Below, in pieces: positions 1-13,116 of a stretch of DNA of 64,000 nt (the stretch's first letter is position 1; each line of letters starts with the position of its first letter). The notes under the pieces are model-generated. The model saw only the letters and a list, made by a program, of their open reading frames with translations. It had not been told where the DNA came from and did not search any database. This DNA comes from Antechinus flavipes. Lineage: Eukaryota. Made by a program: the position numbers and the translations under genes. The stretch is taken from positions 515,096,001 to 515,160,000 of the forward strand of contig NC_067399.1 of NCBI RefSeq assembly GCF_016432865.1. The letters run 5' to 3'.

Positions 1-75
1 CAAGGGACAATGTTGAAAAATTACCCATGCATATGTTCTGTCAATAAAAAGCTATAATTAAAAAAGAAAGAAAGA
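1..75 (+). mobile_element. L1 (LINE-1) 3' terminus with A-rich tail
   Basis: caagggacaatgttgaaaaattacccatgcat...tcaataaaaag plus an A-tail; same 3' end as the L1 copies at ~21.1k, 29.4k and 32.4k. Confidence 0.8.
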
Positions 76-159
76 AAATTGGATGCAACTAAAAAAATGT
101 AATGGGGAATATTTAACAAAGTAAATTAAAAGGCAATAAAACATGAAAAAAAAAAAGCT

Positions 160-400
160 GCCTTTAAAGAATTTGGAAAGTTATCTTGTGGAAGAGGTAG
201 ATTATACTTTACTTTTAGCTCCAGAAGACAAAATTAGGAGCAACTGGTGGTAGTTTTATAAGGAGGCAAATAGAGACTTAATGTTCAGGAAGAACAAAAA
301 ACTCACGGAAAAAAATCAGAGCTGTTCAGCAATAAGCTGCATCAAGAAGTAGTGAGTTGTACTTGGAGGTCTTTGGACAGAGACTGCATTTGCCTAATAG
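160..400 (+). mobile_element. CR1/L3-like LINE 3' fragment
   Basis: ggaagaggtagatt...ccagaagacaaaattaggagcaactggtgg...agagctgttcagc...gtagtgagtt...ggaggtcttt resembles the L3/CR1 3' region as I recall it. Confidence 0.5.
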
Positions 401-1179
401 ACAATGATGGGGGATCCTGTTTGTTTACTCTCCTGTGACTCTGTGAAATATGCATCGCATCCTAACGTGTTAAACATGTGGCAGAGGAACAGAGATCACC
501 CAAAAAGCAGACAGAGTCCCTGGTATATAGCCCCAGGCAGACAAGTAGGATGGAGAGTAGGGGGTGAGGGGCCTTAAAGCTGCTCTCTAGTGCAGAGGGA
601 GGACTCTGCTACTTCAGCACATTAGAAGGACTTTGCCTCCACACACCTCCAGCTTGGAGGGGGCGCCCCAGTCATGGCAGTTCTCGGCCTTGGACCCAGC
701 TCTAGTTACATATCAACCTGGAGGAACCGGTGGGAGCTGGGGTCCCTGGTCAGGAGGTGGGAGGAAGATGGGCGGCAAAGGGCACGACCTTGGACCCTGC
801 ATTCATCCCTGGGGGGAGGAGTTATGAGGGGGAGGGTGGGCACTGTTCAGAGATTTGCAAGTCCCAGGGCGGCGCAGAGAGAAGGTCCACAAACACCGGG
901 GGAGAGGGAAGGAGAGCTTGTCCACAGCGAAAGGCCAAGGTCAAGTGCGTTCCAAAGAGCCCGGAGTGGTGGGGGGAGAAGCGGAGTGCACACCTTTAGG
1001 GATTGTGAGTCTGGGCGCCTCTCCTGGGAGTGAGGTAGGGGCAGTCGGACAAAGGGGGACGCGGGTTATCTGAGGAACAAGCCTAGCTAGACGTGTGTCC
1101 CTCACCCCAGAGTGGGCCTGGGGCAGTGGCTGGGCTTCAGCCCAAGCGGCAGTCTGGTTGGGTTCCAATTCCTCCCAGC

Positions 1180-2320
1180 TTACAGTTTCCCCACGAGCAC
1201 AGGTCGCAAGCTGCTAAAGCCATAAAAGCTCTCGGGCGCCCAGCGAGGTCCGGGACTGCCAAGTGAAAGAAGAGAGACTCTGGGACTGTCTGAAAAGTGT
1301 GGATCCCGGGGAACTAGCAACTTTAGGGACTGACTTCAAATGATGCCGCTGTTCCCAAATGAAAGCCAACCCCAAGGCGCCTAACTGGCAAATCCACGAC
1401 TAGTTATTAGCATATCCCTCCTCTCCCTTTCTCCCCCAATCAGCACCACCCCGGAAGACTCCGCGGCCGCGCCTACCCCCTGGGTTCCCTACCTATCCCT
1501 ACCCTCAGAAACAAATGTCAACAACAATCTCCTTCTTCCCTTCCACTCTCGCCCCGCCCTTCCACTCGCGCTTCGAACACACTCGCACACGCGCTCCTCC
1601 CCCAATAACTGCTTTCCCTGCCTCCCTGCCTCCTCTCCTCCACAACACTCATTTGGTCCCTCCCACTTGTCAATCACTAGGACCCGCCATCCAGTGATCG
1701 GACTCAAGGTGGGCGGGGCCAGGTGGTCGCACGCGTGACGCAAGCGGGAGACGAGCCCGGGAATCGGAGAGGTGCGTGACGAAGCCGCGCGAAGCTGTTA
1801 GAGCCGTTGGGGGACACACTGTGGATAAATGTAGACCAGGCTTCACGTGCCGCCCCCTTGCCGTGTTTTATGTGCTGCCCTTGGTGAGTGGGGAGTTTGG
1901 GGCTGGGCATTAATCGCTCTCTTAGGTGGGAGGAATCCTAACATTCCTCTCCCCCCCCCTCCGCGTACACACCCCGGACATACCACGTGGCCGCGAGTCG
2001 GGGAGGTGGAGAGGAGGGCTGTTAAGCCGGATTCTAATTTCATTGGCTTTCGCCTCTGCCGGCTGTGGCAGCAGAGCCCTCTGATTGGTGGGCAGGATTC
2101 TTTCCTCCAGGAGAGTTCTGATTGGTGGTCTCCTGGGGATCTCTCCCTTCTCCCTTCCCTTCCCCCTAGAGCTCTATTAGGTGAGCTCGGAGGTGAAGCT
2201 AAGGAATCTCTCCACGGAGGGCTGCGATTGGTGGACGAGGGGGTCACCTGGCGGTACGAGATTGATCCTCGACCGTCCTTACCCCCTCCCTCCCGGCCTG
2301 TTTGGGCTTCTCAGGCTGCA
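1180..2320 (+). promoter_or_regulatory. CpG-island promoter and 5'UTR region of DCAF11
   Basis: CpG-dense. CCAAT at ~1436, GC box gggcgggg at ~1712, CRE-like gtgacg at ~1735 and ~1775, E-boxes cacgtg at ~1844 and ~1985. Confidence 0.7.
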
Positions 2321-2510
2321 GGTCTGTTGGTGTTCCTGGAGTCCTGGGAGCTGTCATTGGCAAAGGGGAAGAGACCCCTTTTCCTGAAGAGGAACAATTG
2401 CCTTTCTCCCATACATAACATTCCATCCGAGAGGCTCTGGGGTAGGACCCTGCCAGCCCCAGGACGGGGATAGGCTCCAGCACGGATCTGGAGGATGCTG
2501 TGACCAGAAG

Positions 2511-5500
2511 ATGGACTCACCAGGCAACAGCAGTGCCTCTGAGGCCTCGCCGTACGGGAGATATGAGCCTCGGTACAGTGAGGAAGATGATGATGTGGAC
2601 CTGGCCTATTTCCTTCCCAGGTAACTCACTTTATTGTGTGCCCCCCTCTCCCACTCAGCATAGGGAAACTGACTACACAAGATAAGGAACAGTATGTCAG
2701 CACCTGAGCTCCTATTCTCTAAGGAGAGAAGATAGGAAATAGTCCTGGTGTGAGAACTCCCCTCTCTCCAAGTTTGCTGGTCTCCGGTATCTGCTCAGTG
2801 GGGTGGCAGTACTATGCTTGGGAGAAGGTGGCACAGTGATAGTCTTAGCCTTTGCCATGCCCAGCTCCGTAGGTAAAGGAGCCATTTTTTAGTAACATTT
2901 ACTTTGTTGCACAAATATGACTGAGTTCCCAAGTAAACAAAAGATAAAGGAAAAGGAAGCAGGCTTGAATGAAGTGGTAGTGGTCTTCAGTAGTTTGTAT
3001 GTGATTGTGGAATTTAGGGTGATGAGATCTGGAAGTTCTTTTTAGAACTCTTCATGTAGCATAGAACTCTTCTGGTAGTCAGAAATCAGGCTTCCACAAC
3101 TTTTGGCTCTAGAATCTAATCTAAACATTTCCAGAAGTTTCCTGAGATACCTTACTATTCCCTAGCCCTGCTCCCAAGAGTGGGTTTCAACAACCTGATA
3201 ATGACCAAAGCATAGTCATCTGGGGGCCCCTAGTAAAAGAGATTGGTATGTGAGACTCTCTCTAGGAGTTTTAAGTTGTTTAGTATTGAAGGATCATCCC
3301 CTGCCATGAGGTCTCTCCACAGGGGCCAGGTGAGACTGGTACAGGGAGGTGGTGCAACCAGCCTGCAGCTCATCCATACGCTCTCTGACTCAGATGATGA
3401 CAATGACAGCCCTTGGGAGGGTCGTCTTGGTGACAGATACAATCCACCTGGTAAGAGGAAAGGGTATTTGACCCAGAATTGTAGAGTATCAATCTGCAAA
3501 AATTTGTTTAGATTCAAAAGACTGGAGTCAAAAGGAGGTGGGGAGGAAGATGAATGAAGAGAATCTTTTGAACCTTGTTATCTCCTTTCATGATTGGGCC
3601 CCATCCTCCTTGACACTGGTCACCTTCTTAGCCATTCATCCATTGATACCTGACTTTTATGAGTTAAAGAACTGAGACAGAGCTGCTGCTGCTTCTTTTA
3701 GTGGACTCAAACCCTGACACTCGAGAGCTGGAATGCAATGAGATCAAGACCCAGGTGGAGTTGGCCACAGGACAATTGGGATCGAGTAGGATAGTGCAAG
3801 AGCACAGCTTTCCTCGGATGCTGCACCAGGTAAGCTCTCTTACCTGTCCTGAACCAGAGACTCTATGAGTAGAGCTCAATTACCTGGGCTGGAATCCTGT
3901 CTCAAAATTTGCTGTTTGACTCCGAGCAAATCATTTAATCTTTCTCATTCTCATGGAAAATGTGAGTAGCATCTGCCTCACGAATTTGTGAGACTTGATC
4001 AAGTCATACATGGAGTATACTGTAAATCTCAGTGCTGTGTAAAATGTTAGCTATTGTTGGGGGAAGGGGAGTTCAGAAGTTTTGCAAATTACTTCCCAAA
4101 TGAGGTGAATTCTAGAGAAAAGCTTTTGAAGCTGTCAGTAACAGTATCTTGCTTATGGTGTTCTTGCTTTCTTGTTTCTTCCCTACAGAGAGAACGAGGC
4201 CTCTGCCATCATGGCAGCTTTTCTCCTGGAGAGCGATCCCGTGTAGTGTCTCAGTAAGTTTGGGATGAGGTATTATTGTTTTGAATTTAGATTTGAATTA
4301 GATTTGAGGAGGATCCAGGGGGACGATACATATTGTCCATAAAATTAGAAGTAGAGGTATTAATAGGGAAAGTTATTTATATTGGCATGATGGATGAGTT
4401 TTTCCTGTTGGAGGAAATGAGTTACAGCTGTTGAATAAGGAATGTAAATTAAAACAAAAAACCTTGGTGGCATGGATAAAGAAGAAAAGAATTTTGAGCA
4501 AAGGCGAGTGGGAACCTCATGTACTGGTCTGAATGGGGTGTTATTGACACTGATACCTTCTTACCTTGATGTTCTTTTACTGCTATTTTTCTCAGTTTCT
4601 TGCCCAACTACTTGAGCTTCACTGACTCCTATTTTCATAAGGCTTTCTGTGGTGTCTACAGCAAGGATGGTCAGATCTTCATGTCTGCTTGCCAAGGTAC
4701 CTAGAGCCAATGAGTACTAAAGAGTCTTCTTGAATAGGGAACTGTGAACCCCTCCTCAGGATGGAAAACAATTTCTTGCCGGTACATAAATTGGAGAAGT
4801 TTCTGTTCCAGGCTGCATTGTAATTCTAAGGTTGGGAGATGTTAGCAGTATAATTCTGAATATTCTGCAGCAGAAGGAAGATCCCGTAGCTACACTAGGT
4901 AGCCAACATGGAAGGAGAAAGTTTGCTGACACTTACTTATTCCCAATTCCTAGACCAGACAATTCGCCTGTATGACTGCCGCTTTGGCTGCTTCCATAAA
5001 TTCAAGAGCATCAAGGCCCGGGATGTAGGTTGGAGTGTTCTAGATGTAGCCTTTACTCCTGATGGCAACCACTTTCTCTATTCCAGCTGGTCCGATTATA
5101 GTGAGTATACTTACCAGCCTTATCATCTCTCCATTTTGGATCCTATAGCCTCCATTTTCAGTCCCTCTTCTCTGAGCTAGATTCTTAGGCTATATTACAG
5201 AAAGACCATGCTCTTAGAATCATGACACTCTGCTGTTTGCATAGTTTGGCTTTTTGTTTCTTTTTTCTCCCTTGTTCTTTTAAGTTCATGTATGAAATCT
5301 TAGAATTGAAAGAGACTAAATATCACACAGGCTTTTTCACCCTATGATGAAATCTACTTCATAATATCCCTAACAGACACATCTGTCTGAATGTGTCTAA
5401 TGAGGAGAACTCATTATTCTTATGAAGAATTCTCTTTCATTTTTGGATCACCAGAATTTATTAGAAAGCCCTTTTTTATATTGAACTAAGATTACTTTTC

Positions 5501-8500
5501 TAAAATCTGTTGGGTCTTTTTCTGCCCTCTGAAGCTACAGAAGACCCTATTCCCAAACTTTGAGTGACTTTTGTCTCTCTTGCTTTTTAGTTCATATCTG
5601 CAACATCTACGGGGAGGGAGACACACACACTGCCCTGGATCTGAGGTACTGGCTTCCCTCTTCAGCTAGACTCACCAGAAATTTAGGGAAAGCCTTCTGC
5701 AGTGAATTTCTCTGAAACTTGAGGCACACACTGAGAGGGCAGAATGCAGGGACTATCTGCTTCTCTGAATGGAAGATCCCCTGGGTGGGAGCTACATATC
5801 ACTTCTCATTGAGAGGAATAGAGTGTAATAGATGGATGCAGCAGAACTTCAGATTTCTCTCTGGGATAACCCTTCATTCTGACATATGTAAGAGGATCCT
5901 GTTCAGTTTCCCTCCAGAAGTGGGGTGCATGGCTTTCTTTGGATCTGAAGTGAATTAATTAATAAAGGCTAAAAGGGAAGTCTTCCTATCTTAACAAATT
6001 CTTCCTTTTCTTTTAGGCCAGATCAACATAGTTTCATTGTCTTCTCCATTGCAGTCTCTTCAGATGGACGAGAGGTGCTAGGAGGGTGAGTATTTCAGTA
6101 TTTCTTCACAGTTAATCAGATTTGGTGGTTGAAGATGATTTTGAGGAGACCTATATCCTGATGGCCCTATTCAGTTGTTTAGGCTAATTCTTAGGTAGAC
6201 TTTCCTCCCCTCTTTTCTAATTCCCTTCCAATATGGGATTTGAGGCCTTAAATTTCTTCTCAGAAACAACATTTCTGTGTGGTATAGGAGTTGAGTTCTA
6301 TGGAATTAGGGACTTGACCCTAAATATGGAATCTTAACAGATTCTCCCCGGAACCTTCAAAGAAGCCATTTCTTGAATTCTGACTCCGTTGTTATCTAGC
6401 CCAAATGTTTTTCTTTCAGTGCCAATAATGGATGTCTCTACATCTTTGATCGAGAACAGAACCGCCGTGTATTGCAGGTACAATTGCTGGGAGCTACATA
6501 TCATGCTTTCCATCTCCTTTTGGCTGCAATATTCAGATGTCTTCTTTCTGCTCTAGATGGAATCCCATGACAATGATGTAAATGCAGTGGCTTTTGCTGA
6601 TACAAGCTCCCATATCCTGTTCTCCGGGGGAGATGATGCCATTTGCAAAGTTTGGGACCGGCGCACCATGCGTGAAGATGATCCCAAGCCTGTGGGCGCA
6701 CTGGCTGGGCATCGAGATGGCATCACTTTCATTGACAGCAAGGTGAACAGAAGAGGGTGGATTACACAGCTGGAGATGCCCAGACTCTAGCCTCCAGGAG
6801 GGCCTGAAAACAAGGCTGGCCTAGGAAGGCATCTCTCAGACTGTAGCCAAGGTGGGCTACAAGGTTGTCATAAAAGAAAGAACTCGAGACCTACTTCTCA
6901 CTAGTCCTCAAGGATTCAAGGATTAGGATTTCCTGCACTCAATCAGGTCCTAAGCCCACAATCAATTGGTTGAGAAAGTAGAAATATCTGACTAGTAGAT
7001 CAGTAAGTAAACACTAGAAAATAAATTTGACTCAGTAAGAACAGGTAGCAGTCTCAGAGCTACATAGCTTTTATCAATCAACCAGAAAAAAAGGCAAGAC
7101 CCAAGAATGATAGTGACAGGTTCACCTTTGAGAAATCAGATTTGTTGTCATTATGTATTCTGCTATCTTGAATATTGTGTTTCACTTTGTGGCCATGGGT
7201 TCACAGGGTGATGCCCGGTACCTCATCACCAACTCCAAAGACCAGACCATAAAACTCTGGGATATACGGCGCTTTTCAGGTCGAGAAGGCATGGAAGCTT
7301 CACGACAGGCAGCCATCCAAGAATACTGGGACTACCGTTGGCAGCAGGTGCCTAAGAAAGGTCAGAATCAAGAATCCTTGTATTAGTTTTTTAAAGGATA
7401 TTACTGATGCTTTTTTACATTGCTTCCCAATAACATTCAACATCTTGCTCCTCAAGGCCAAACCTTACTCCCCACCCCCTTGTTTTGGTCAAGGTAAAAA
7501 TTGTTTTTCTGACTATACTTATTTTTTATTAGTCCATATAAGTCTTCCTTATTTTCTCATATTCATAATTTCTTGTAGCACAGTAATTTTCCATTAGTTT
7601 CATATACCATATATTGTTCAAATATTCCATATTCACTAAGTACACATTTTGCTTCCAATTATTTGGTTTTGTAAAAAAGTACTCATGTTTTTGTATATGT
7701 GTGTCCTTTCGCTTTGTTATTGACCACTCAGCAATTTATGTCCAGTAGTGATATTACTGGATCAAAGAATATAGTGCTCCATTATTCTGTTCTATATCTT
7801 CTTCCAGAAATCATTCAAGAGCTTGGCTATACTACAGAAGAACTAATAGTGTCTGATATGTTTTCCCTACCCTTTGTCCTCATATAGCCTGGCAGAAACT
7901 GAAGCTCCCTGGGGACAGCTCTGTGATGACATATCGGGGTCATGGTGTGCTCCATACCCTCATTCGCTGCCGCTTCTCCCCTGCCCACAGTACTGGCCAA
8001 CGTTATATCTACAGTGGTTGCTCTACTGGCAAGGTCGTCAGTAAGTATCATCCCAAGACAGAAGGTCACCACAGAGCAAGAGACCCTTTTTCTCAATGCA
8101 GATCAAGTTCCAAGAGAAAAAAAAAAATTGGATCACATAACAAGTAACTTTATGTAATTAGGTTGTTGGATTTGAGGGGACAGAAAGTGGGAGATGAAGA
8201 GAAAACATCTGAGTAGACAAGAAATTATGAAAACTGTTCTTCATTTGCACATTTTGGCTAGGTAAACAGTACAGACAGAAGTTGGAGGGAAAGGAGAAAA
8301 GGAAATGTGTCCTTTTCCCTGGTTTATAGAAAGAAAAGATATGGGCAGAAATAGAGTAAGTCAGAGGGTAAGACAGATCCATAACATAGTTACAGAGACA
8401 CAGAAATGTCTCAAAGTGAAACACGCACTGAAACACTGAAAAGGGAAGATAAGGAACTGAATTAGATATGGACATACAAAGGGAAGTATGCTGGTATTCA

Positions 8501-9362
8501 AAACTTCTCCACCTTACAGCTTTTTAAGATATTGCCTCTAAAAGCATGTGAAATTTTCTGGATTATAGGCCAGGTGAAATTGACCTACGATTTAAACTTT
8601 CCCATCCTGTCACTAGGAACATCTTTTCAGAATAGGGTATATATAATCAAGGTAATAATAGGAAAGACATTTAAAAAGAACTCTAATATTAAAAGGTTTT
8701 GCTTCATAAGGAAAATAAGTCTAGAACAAGTGACTATAGAGGCTGAACTGGGGAGGGGTTCTCATAAAGCAGGGATTCTTAACCTAGATCTGTAAACTTG
8801 TTTGCTTGTTTGTTTTAATAACTTTTTCAGTATAATTGATTTCTTTGTAATTCTAATTGTAATTTATTTAATGCATTTAAAAACATTCTGGGATAGGGTC
8901 TACAAGTTTCACCAACTACCACAGAGGACTCATGATACTAAAGATGTTCACATGGATTGACTCTACTTTAGTGGTCTTTCTCATTCTTTTCTTTCTATAG
9001 TATATGACCTCCTCACTGGCCAAATTGTGAAGAAGCTGGCCAGCCACAAGGCCTGTGTACGGGACGTCAGTTGGCATCCCTTTGAGCAGAAGATTGTCAG
9101 CAGTTCGGTGAGATTGGCAGGGGCAGGGAAGGGAATAGAAACTAAAGAATTCTGTGAAGGTTTAAGTGATTGGTTTAGAATCGAGGCTTAAAAGGGTTCT
9201 CCTCTAACAATCTCTTCTTTGCCCTTGTAGTGGGATGGCAACTTGCGCCTGTGGCAATACCGTCCAATTGAATACTTCAGGGAAGACTTGCTGAATTCTG
9301 ATGACTGTCCCACCACCACTCCACCATATGCCACCTTTGGAGCCTATTCTACTTCCCAGTAA
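2511..9362 (+). CDS. DCAF11: DDB1- and CUL4-associated factor 11 (WDR23), WD40 substrate receptor, 530 aa, 14 coding exons
   Basis: Exons 2511-2620, 3323-3450, 3702-3829, 4189-4253, 4596-4696, 4954-5100, 5591-5645, 6017-6085, 6420-6477, 6557-6742, 7207-7360, 7888-8040, 9001-9107, 9231-9362; all GT-AG, total 1593 nt in frame. Peptides GQVRLVQGGG, KARDVGWSVLDVAFTPDGNHFLYSSWSDY, DDAICKVWDRR, HKACVRDVSWHPFE match DCAF11. AATAAA at 10095-10100. Confidence 0.96.
8770..8945. mobile_element. hAT-Charlie-type MITE (degenerate) in a DCAF11 intron
   Basis: Starts cagggattcttaacct; internal tgcatttaaaaacatt is shared with the copy at 54016-54240. Confidence 0.5.
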
Positions 9363-10301
9363 TTCTTGCCTGTCAGTATGGACTGATCTGTGCAGCCCCA
9401 AGGGGAATCACCTCCTCTTTCTTCTCTCTCCTCAGGGAGATCTGTGGAGGAGCCAAGAAGGTTAGAGGATGAAGAGCAGAAACCCTAGCTTTTCCACCCT
9501 GACTGCACTCTGGGCGAGGGCATCCTGTCCTTTTAGGCTGAGTTGTGTGGCCAGGCCTCCATCCCACCCCAGGGCAGGCAGGATGGACAACTCTAGAAAA
9601 TTAAAGAGAGGTCATCCTCTGGTAGTTATTTAGGTATGGTTCTAGCCGGGCAAGGAATGCTTATTTTTTATAATCATGTTTGGATTCTGAGACGTGGTCA
9701 GTAGACTAGTGTTCCTGGGCTAGGTCTAAACGGGTTGGCCAATCAGAGTCTGATTACCCTTGCCTGGCCCAGTAGCGTGGACCTTCAAGTTGAAGGCCAG
9801 ACTAGCCATTTCAGAAGGTGGCTTTGCCCACCACTGCTCTCCTTTTTTCATAATGACCAGAATGTCATTCCTTCTTAGGCAAGGAGTAAAGCTGTTCCCT
9901 CAGGCTGGGAATCTGCTCTCCCTCATTGTGTCTTTGAAGTAGGAGGTGCTACAGTGTAGGAAGTCTTAAGGCCCCCATCTTAATCCTAATGGAACTGACT
10001 CTCTTCAGTTTGTATCCCCTCAGGACTGTTGGGTAGGGGAACTAGGCAGGTTAAAGTGGGGGTTCTTCTGTCTTACACTTACTTTAGCTCCCTCAATAAA
10101 GTTTCCTCAGAAATTTGACTCAGGCTGTTTCCTTGTATACAAAAGTTTTACATAAACGTCTCTAAATTTGTGACTAGGGCTAAAATGCATACCACAATGT
10201 GAAGAGACATAATAGTTAGGACTTGTTTCTTTGGGTTGAAAATATCCTATTATTATTATTATTATTATACAGATACTTATATATTATTAGATGCCTTAAG
10301 G

Positions 10302-10493
10302 CAGTGGTCCTCAAACTATAGCCCTCAGGTTAGATGTAGCAGCTGAGGACATTTATCCCCCTCACCCAGGGCTATGAAGTTTATTTATTTAAAGGCCCAT
10401 AAAACAAAGTTTTTGTTTTTACTATAGTCCAGCCCTCCAACAGTCTGAGGGACAGTGAACTGGCCCCCTATTTTAAAAGTTTGAGGACCCCTG
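10302..10493. mobile_element. OC1/OposCharlie1-type hAT MITE, 192 bp
   Basis: 16-bp TIRs cagtggtcctcaaact / agtttgaggacccctg; perfect 8-bp TSD ccttaagg at 10294-10301 and 10494-10501; subterminal actatagtcc...gagggacagtgaactggcccc as recalled for OC1. Confidence 0.85.
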
Positions 10494-11639
10494 CCTTAAG
10501 GTATCTGCTTTCTCTTTAAATCTTACAACCAAAAATTCCCCACTAAAAATTGGAAATTAGCTTTGAGTTGAGTTGCTTACCCACTCAGGAACCCAAAACA
10601 TTTTCTCCAGAAAGTAAAGATAGAATTTGCAAGGGAGTAAACACAAGTCCCTTGTATAAAACAAATTTAGGCCCTTGATATAGTAGTATCAGGGTTCCCT
10701 TCCAAGGAAAAAGTTTACTATGATGACTACTCTACAGACCAACCACAATGCATCTTGGTTAAATGTGTAAAACCTGAAAGCTGGAAAGGATATTAGAGTA
10801 CCAGCCAATCCAAAATCACTGAGAAAGCTTTTCTATCACATCCAGAAGAGATTAGTTGACTTATCTAAAGTCATACAATTGTTAATGGCATTAATGGCAA
10901 AAGGGTTTTTTGACTGCTATGCCACGCTATATAAGCTATATATGTATATAAGCTAAAATTATATAAGATACTTAGGCAGAGAGGGGAAAAGGACAAAAAC
11001 TGTCCAAAAATGAATAAAATAACAAAACATAAAAAGACTATATTTCTGTCATTTCTTAAGACCAGTGTAATGAAGTAAGGGGGAGCATTGCCAAGGATTC
11101 CACTCCAATTTTTGTGATCTGTTCCAATCCAATTATTAGTACAGTATGCAAGTTTGAGGTTTAAATGTGATCTCCAGAACTATTCTGCTTCCCCATTCCA
11201 ACTTCCAAGGATTCCAGCCTAGCTCTGACTCTGGACCAGGACAGGCCTACAACTTTGAAGCAAGGCAGACCCCCAAAAGCCACTCTCCCAGGTCCAAACC
11301 CAGAGTAGATGGGAATGGGTACTTGCCTTGTTCGATAGCTTTGGAAAATTCCTGTACCAAATTGGCAGAAGTTAAATGTGAAGGTGAAGATGGATATACT
11401 TCTTTAAACTCTCAAAAAACTGATGAGCTATTTCTTCTGATCACCCTTCTTCCTTTTAAAAGTGAATAGTGAAGTTATTTTGGCTGAAAAGCTAAGACAG
11501 TGAAGACAGTGACAACCATGTAGCAACAGTTTACAAATTGAAAGAAGGATATGGGTAAGGAAAACTGAGGACACAAGGACATGTTATGGAAGGACATACA
11601 GACCGCTAGTGCTGACGCAGGAGCGTCAGCCACAGCCCC

Positions 11640-11753
11640 CAGCTGCCCCCCGCCCCTCTCCTCCCCAGCTGCCAGTCTAGCTCTGCCCCGTATCTCCAGC
11701 ACCTGTCACTGCCTGTCCTTGCCTAGGGGGCCCTACAAGCCCCTCCTCAGCTG
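11640..11753 (+). promoter_or_regulatory. Cluster of four E-boxes upstream of FITM1 (myogenic bHLH type)
   Basis: CAGCTG at 11640, 11666 and 11748, CACCTG at 11700. Consistent with the muscle-restricted expression of FITM1; function is inferred. Confidence 0.5.
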
Positions 11754-11786
11754 CCCAGCAGAGCAAGCAGTCAGAGGGGAGGGAAC

Positions 11787-13116
11787 ATGGAGCGGGGGTT
11801 AGGGGTGGGGGCAGGGACAGGCCTGGGGGGCCGGCTCCGAGTGGTGCTGGGCTGGTTGCTGAGGGTACTGCTCTGGCTAGCATCAGCCCTCCTGTACTTT
11901 GGAAGTGAGCAGGCTGCCCGACTCCTGGGGAGCCCCTGCCTCCGGCGCCTTTACCATGCCTGGCTAGCTGCTGTGGTCATCTTCGGACCCCTGCTACAGT
12001 TCCACGTCAACCCCCGCACCATCTTCGCCAGCCATGGCAACTTCTTCAACATGTAAGTCTCTCTCGGCAGGCCCTTTAATGCTAGTTCCATCCACTCTGG
12101 GTTTTAAGCTCCCTCCTCTTTTGGGCTCTTGTCCTACTGCCAGTGTGAGCACTAAAAATAGGCTAAGAGGTGGAGGAGAAGGTCAAGGGTAGTGGGAACT
12201 ATGGGGACGCATGGGGAGGATTTAGAAGGCCGGCCAGAGGATTAGGGGGTGAGGAGTTGGAGGGCTGGGGAGGTGAGAGAGAGGAACAAAAAACATGGGG
12301 AAACGGAGAGAGTGATTTGACCCAGGGTAGCATGAAAGGGGGCAGAAGGTAGAGGAAGATAGCAAAGATCCATGGGGAAGTGACAATGGGACTCCTGGAA
12401 GATGAGGCTGGGAAACCCAGAAGAATCTGGGATCTAAAGAGGCCTATTTCTCTACAAGCCTCTCCTCCCCTCTCCCCTCTTTCTAACCCCACAGCAAGTT
12501 TGTGAACTCTGCCTGGGGCTGGACCTGCACCTTCCTGGGAGGCTTCGTGCTGCTGGTGGTGTTCCTGGCCACTCGCAGAGTGGCGGTGACCGCTCGGCAC
12601 TTGAGCCGGCTGGTGGTGGGGGCCGCCGTGTGGCGCGGGGCTGGCCGGGCTTTCCTGCTCATTGAGGATCTGACCGGCTCCTGTTTCGAGCCTCTGCCCC
12701 AGGGGCTGCTGCTCCATGAGCTGCCTGACCGTCGCAGCTGCTTGGCAGCTGGCCACCAGTGGAGGGGCTACACGGTCTCCTCTCACACCTTCCTGCTTAC
12801 CTTCTGCTGTTTGCTCATGGCTGAGGAAACCGCCGTCTTTGCTCGGTACCTGGCCCACGGGCTGCCTGCCGGCACTCCTCTTCGACTGGTCTTCCTTCTT
12901 AACGTCCTCCTCCTGGGCCTCTGGAACTTCCTCCTGCTCTGCACCGTCATCTACTTCCACCAATATACCCACAAGGTGGTAGGCGCGGCTGTGGGCACCT
13001 TCGCCTGGTACCTCACCTATGGCAGCTGGTACCATCAACCCTGGTCCCCAGGGAGTCCCGGCCACGGGCTCTTTACCCACTCCCAACGCCCCCAGGCCAG
13101 ACTTAAGCGTGATTGA
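11787..13116 (+). CDS. FITM1: Fat storage-inducing transmembrane protein 1, 295 aa, 2 exons
   Basis: Exons 11787-12052 and 12495-13116 (AT|C AAG TTT GTG = I K F V). FIT motifs SSHTFLLTFCCLLMAEE and VIYFHQY present. AATAAA at 13121-13126. Confidence 0.97.

Noticed and set aside
600-1180. Purine-rich region with a donor-like gtgagt, possibly an NRL or DCAF11 upstream exon
   Set aside because: Cannot be assigned from sequence alone; no coding homology recognised.
1847-2473. 208-aa ORF upstream of DCAF11
   Set aside because: Crosses a splice donor and intronic sequence in a CpG island; no homology recognised.
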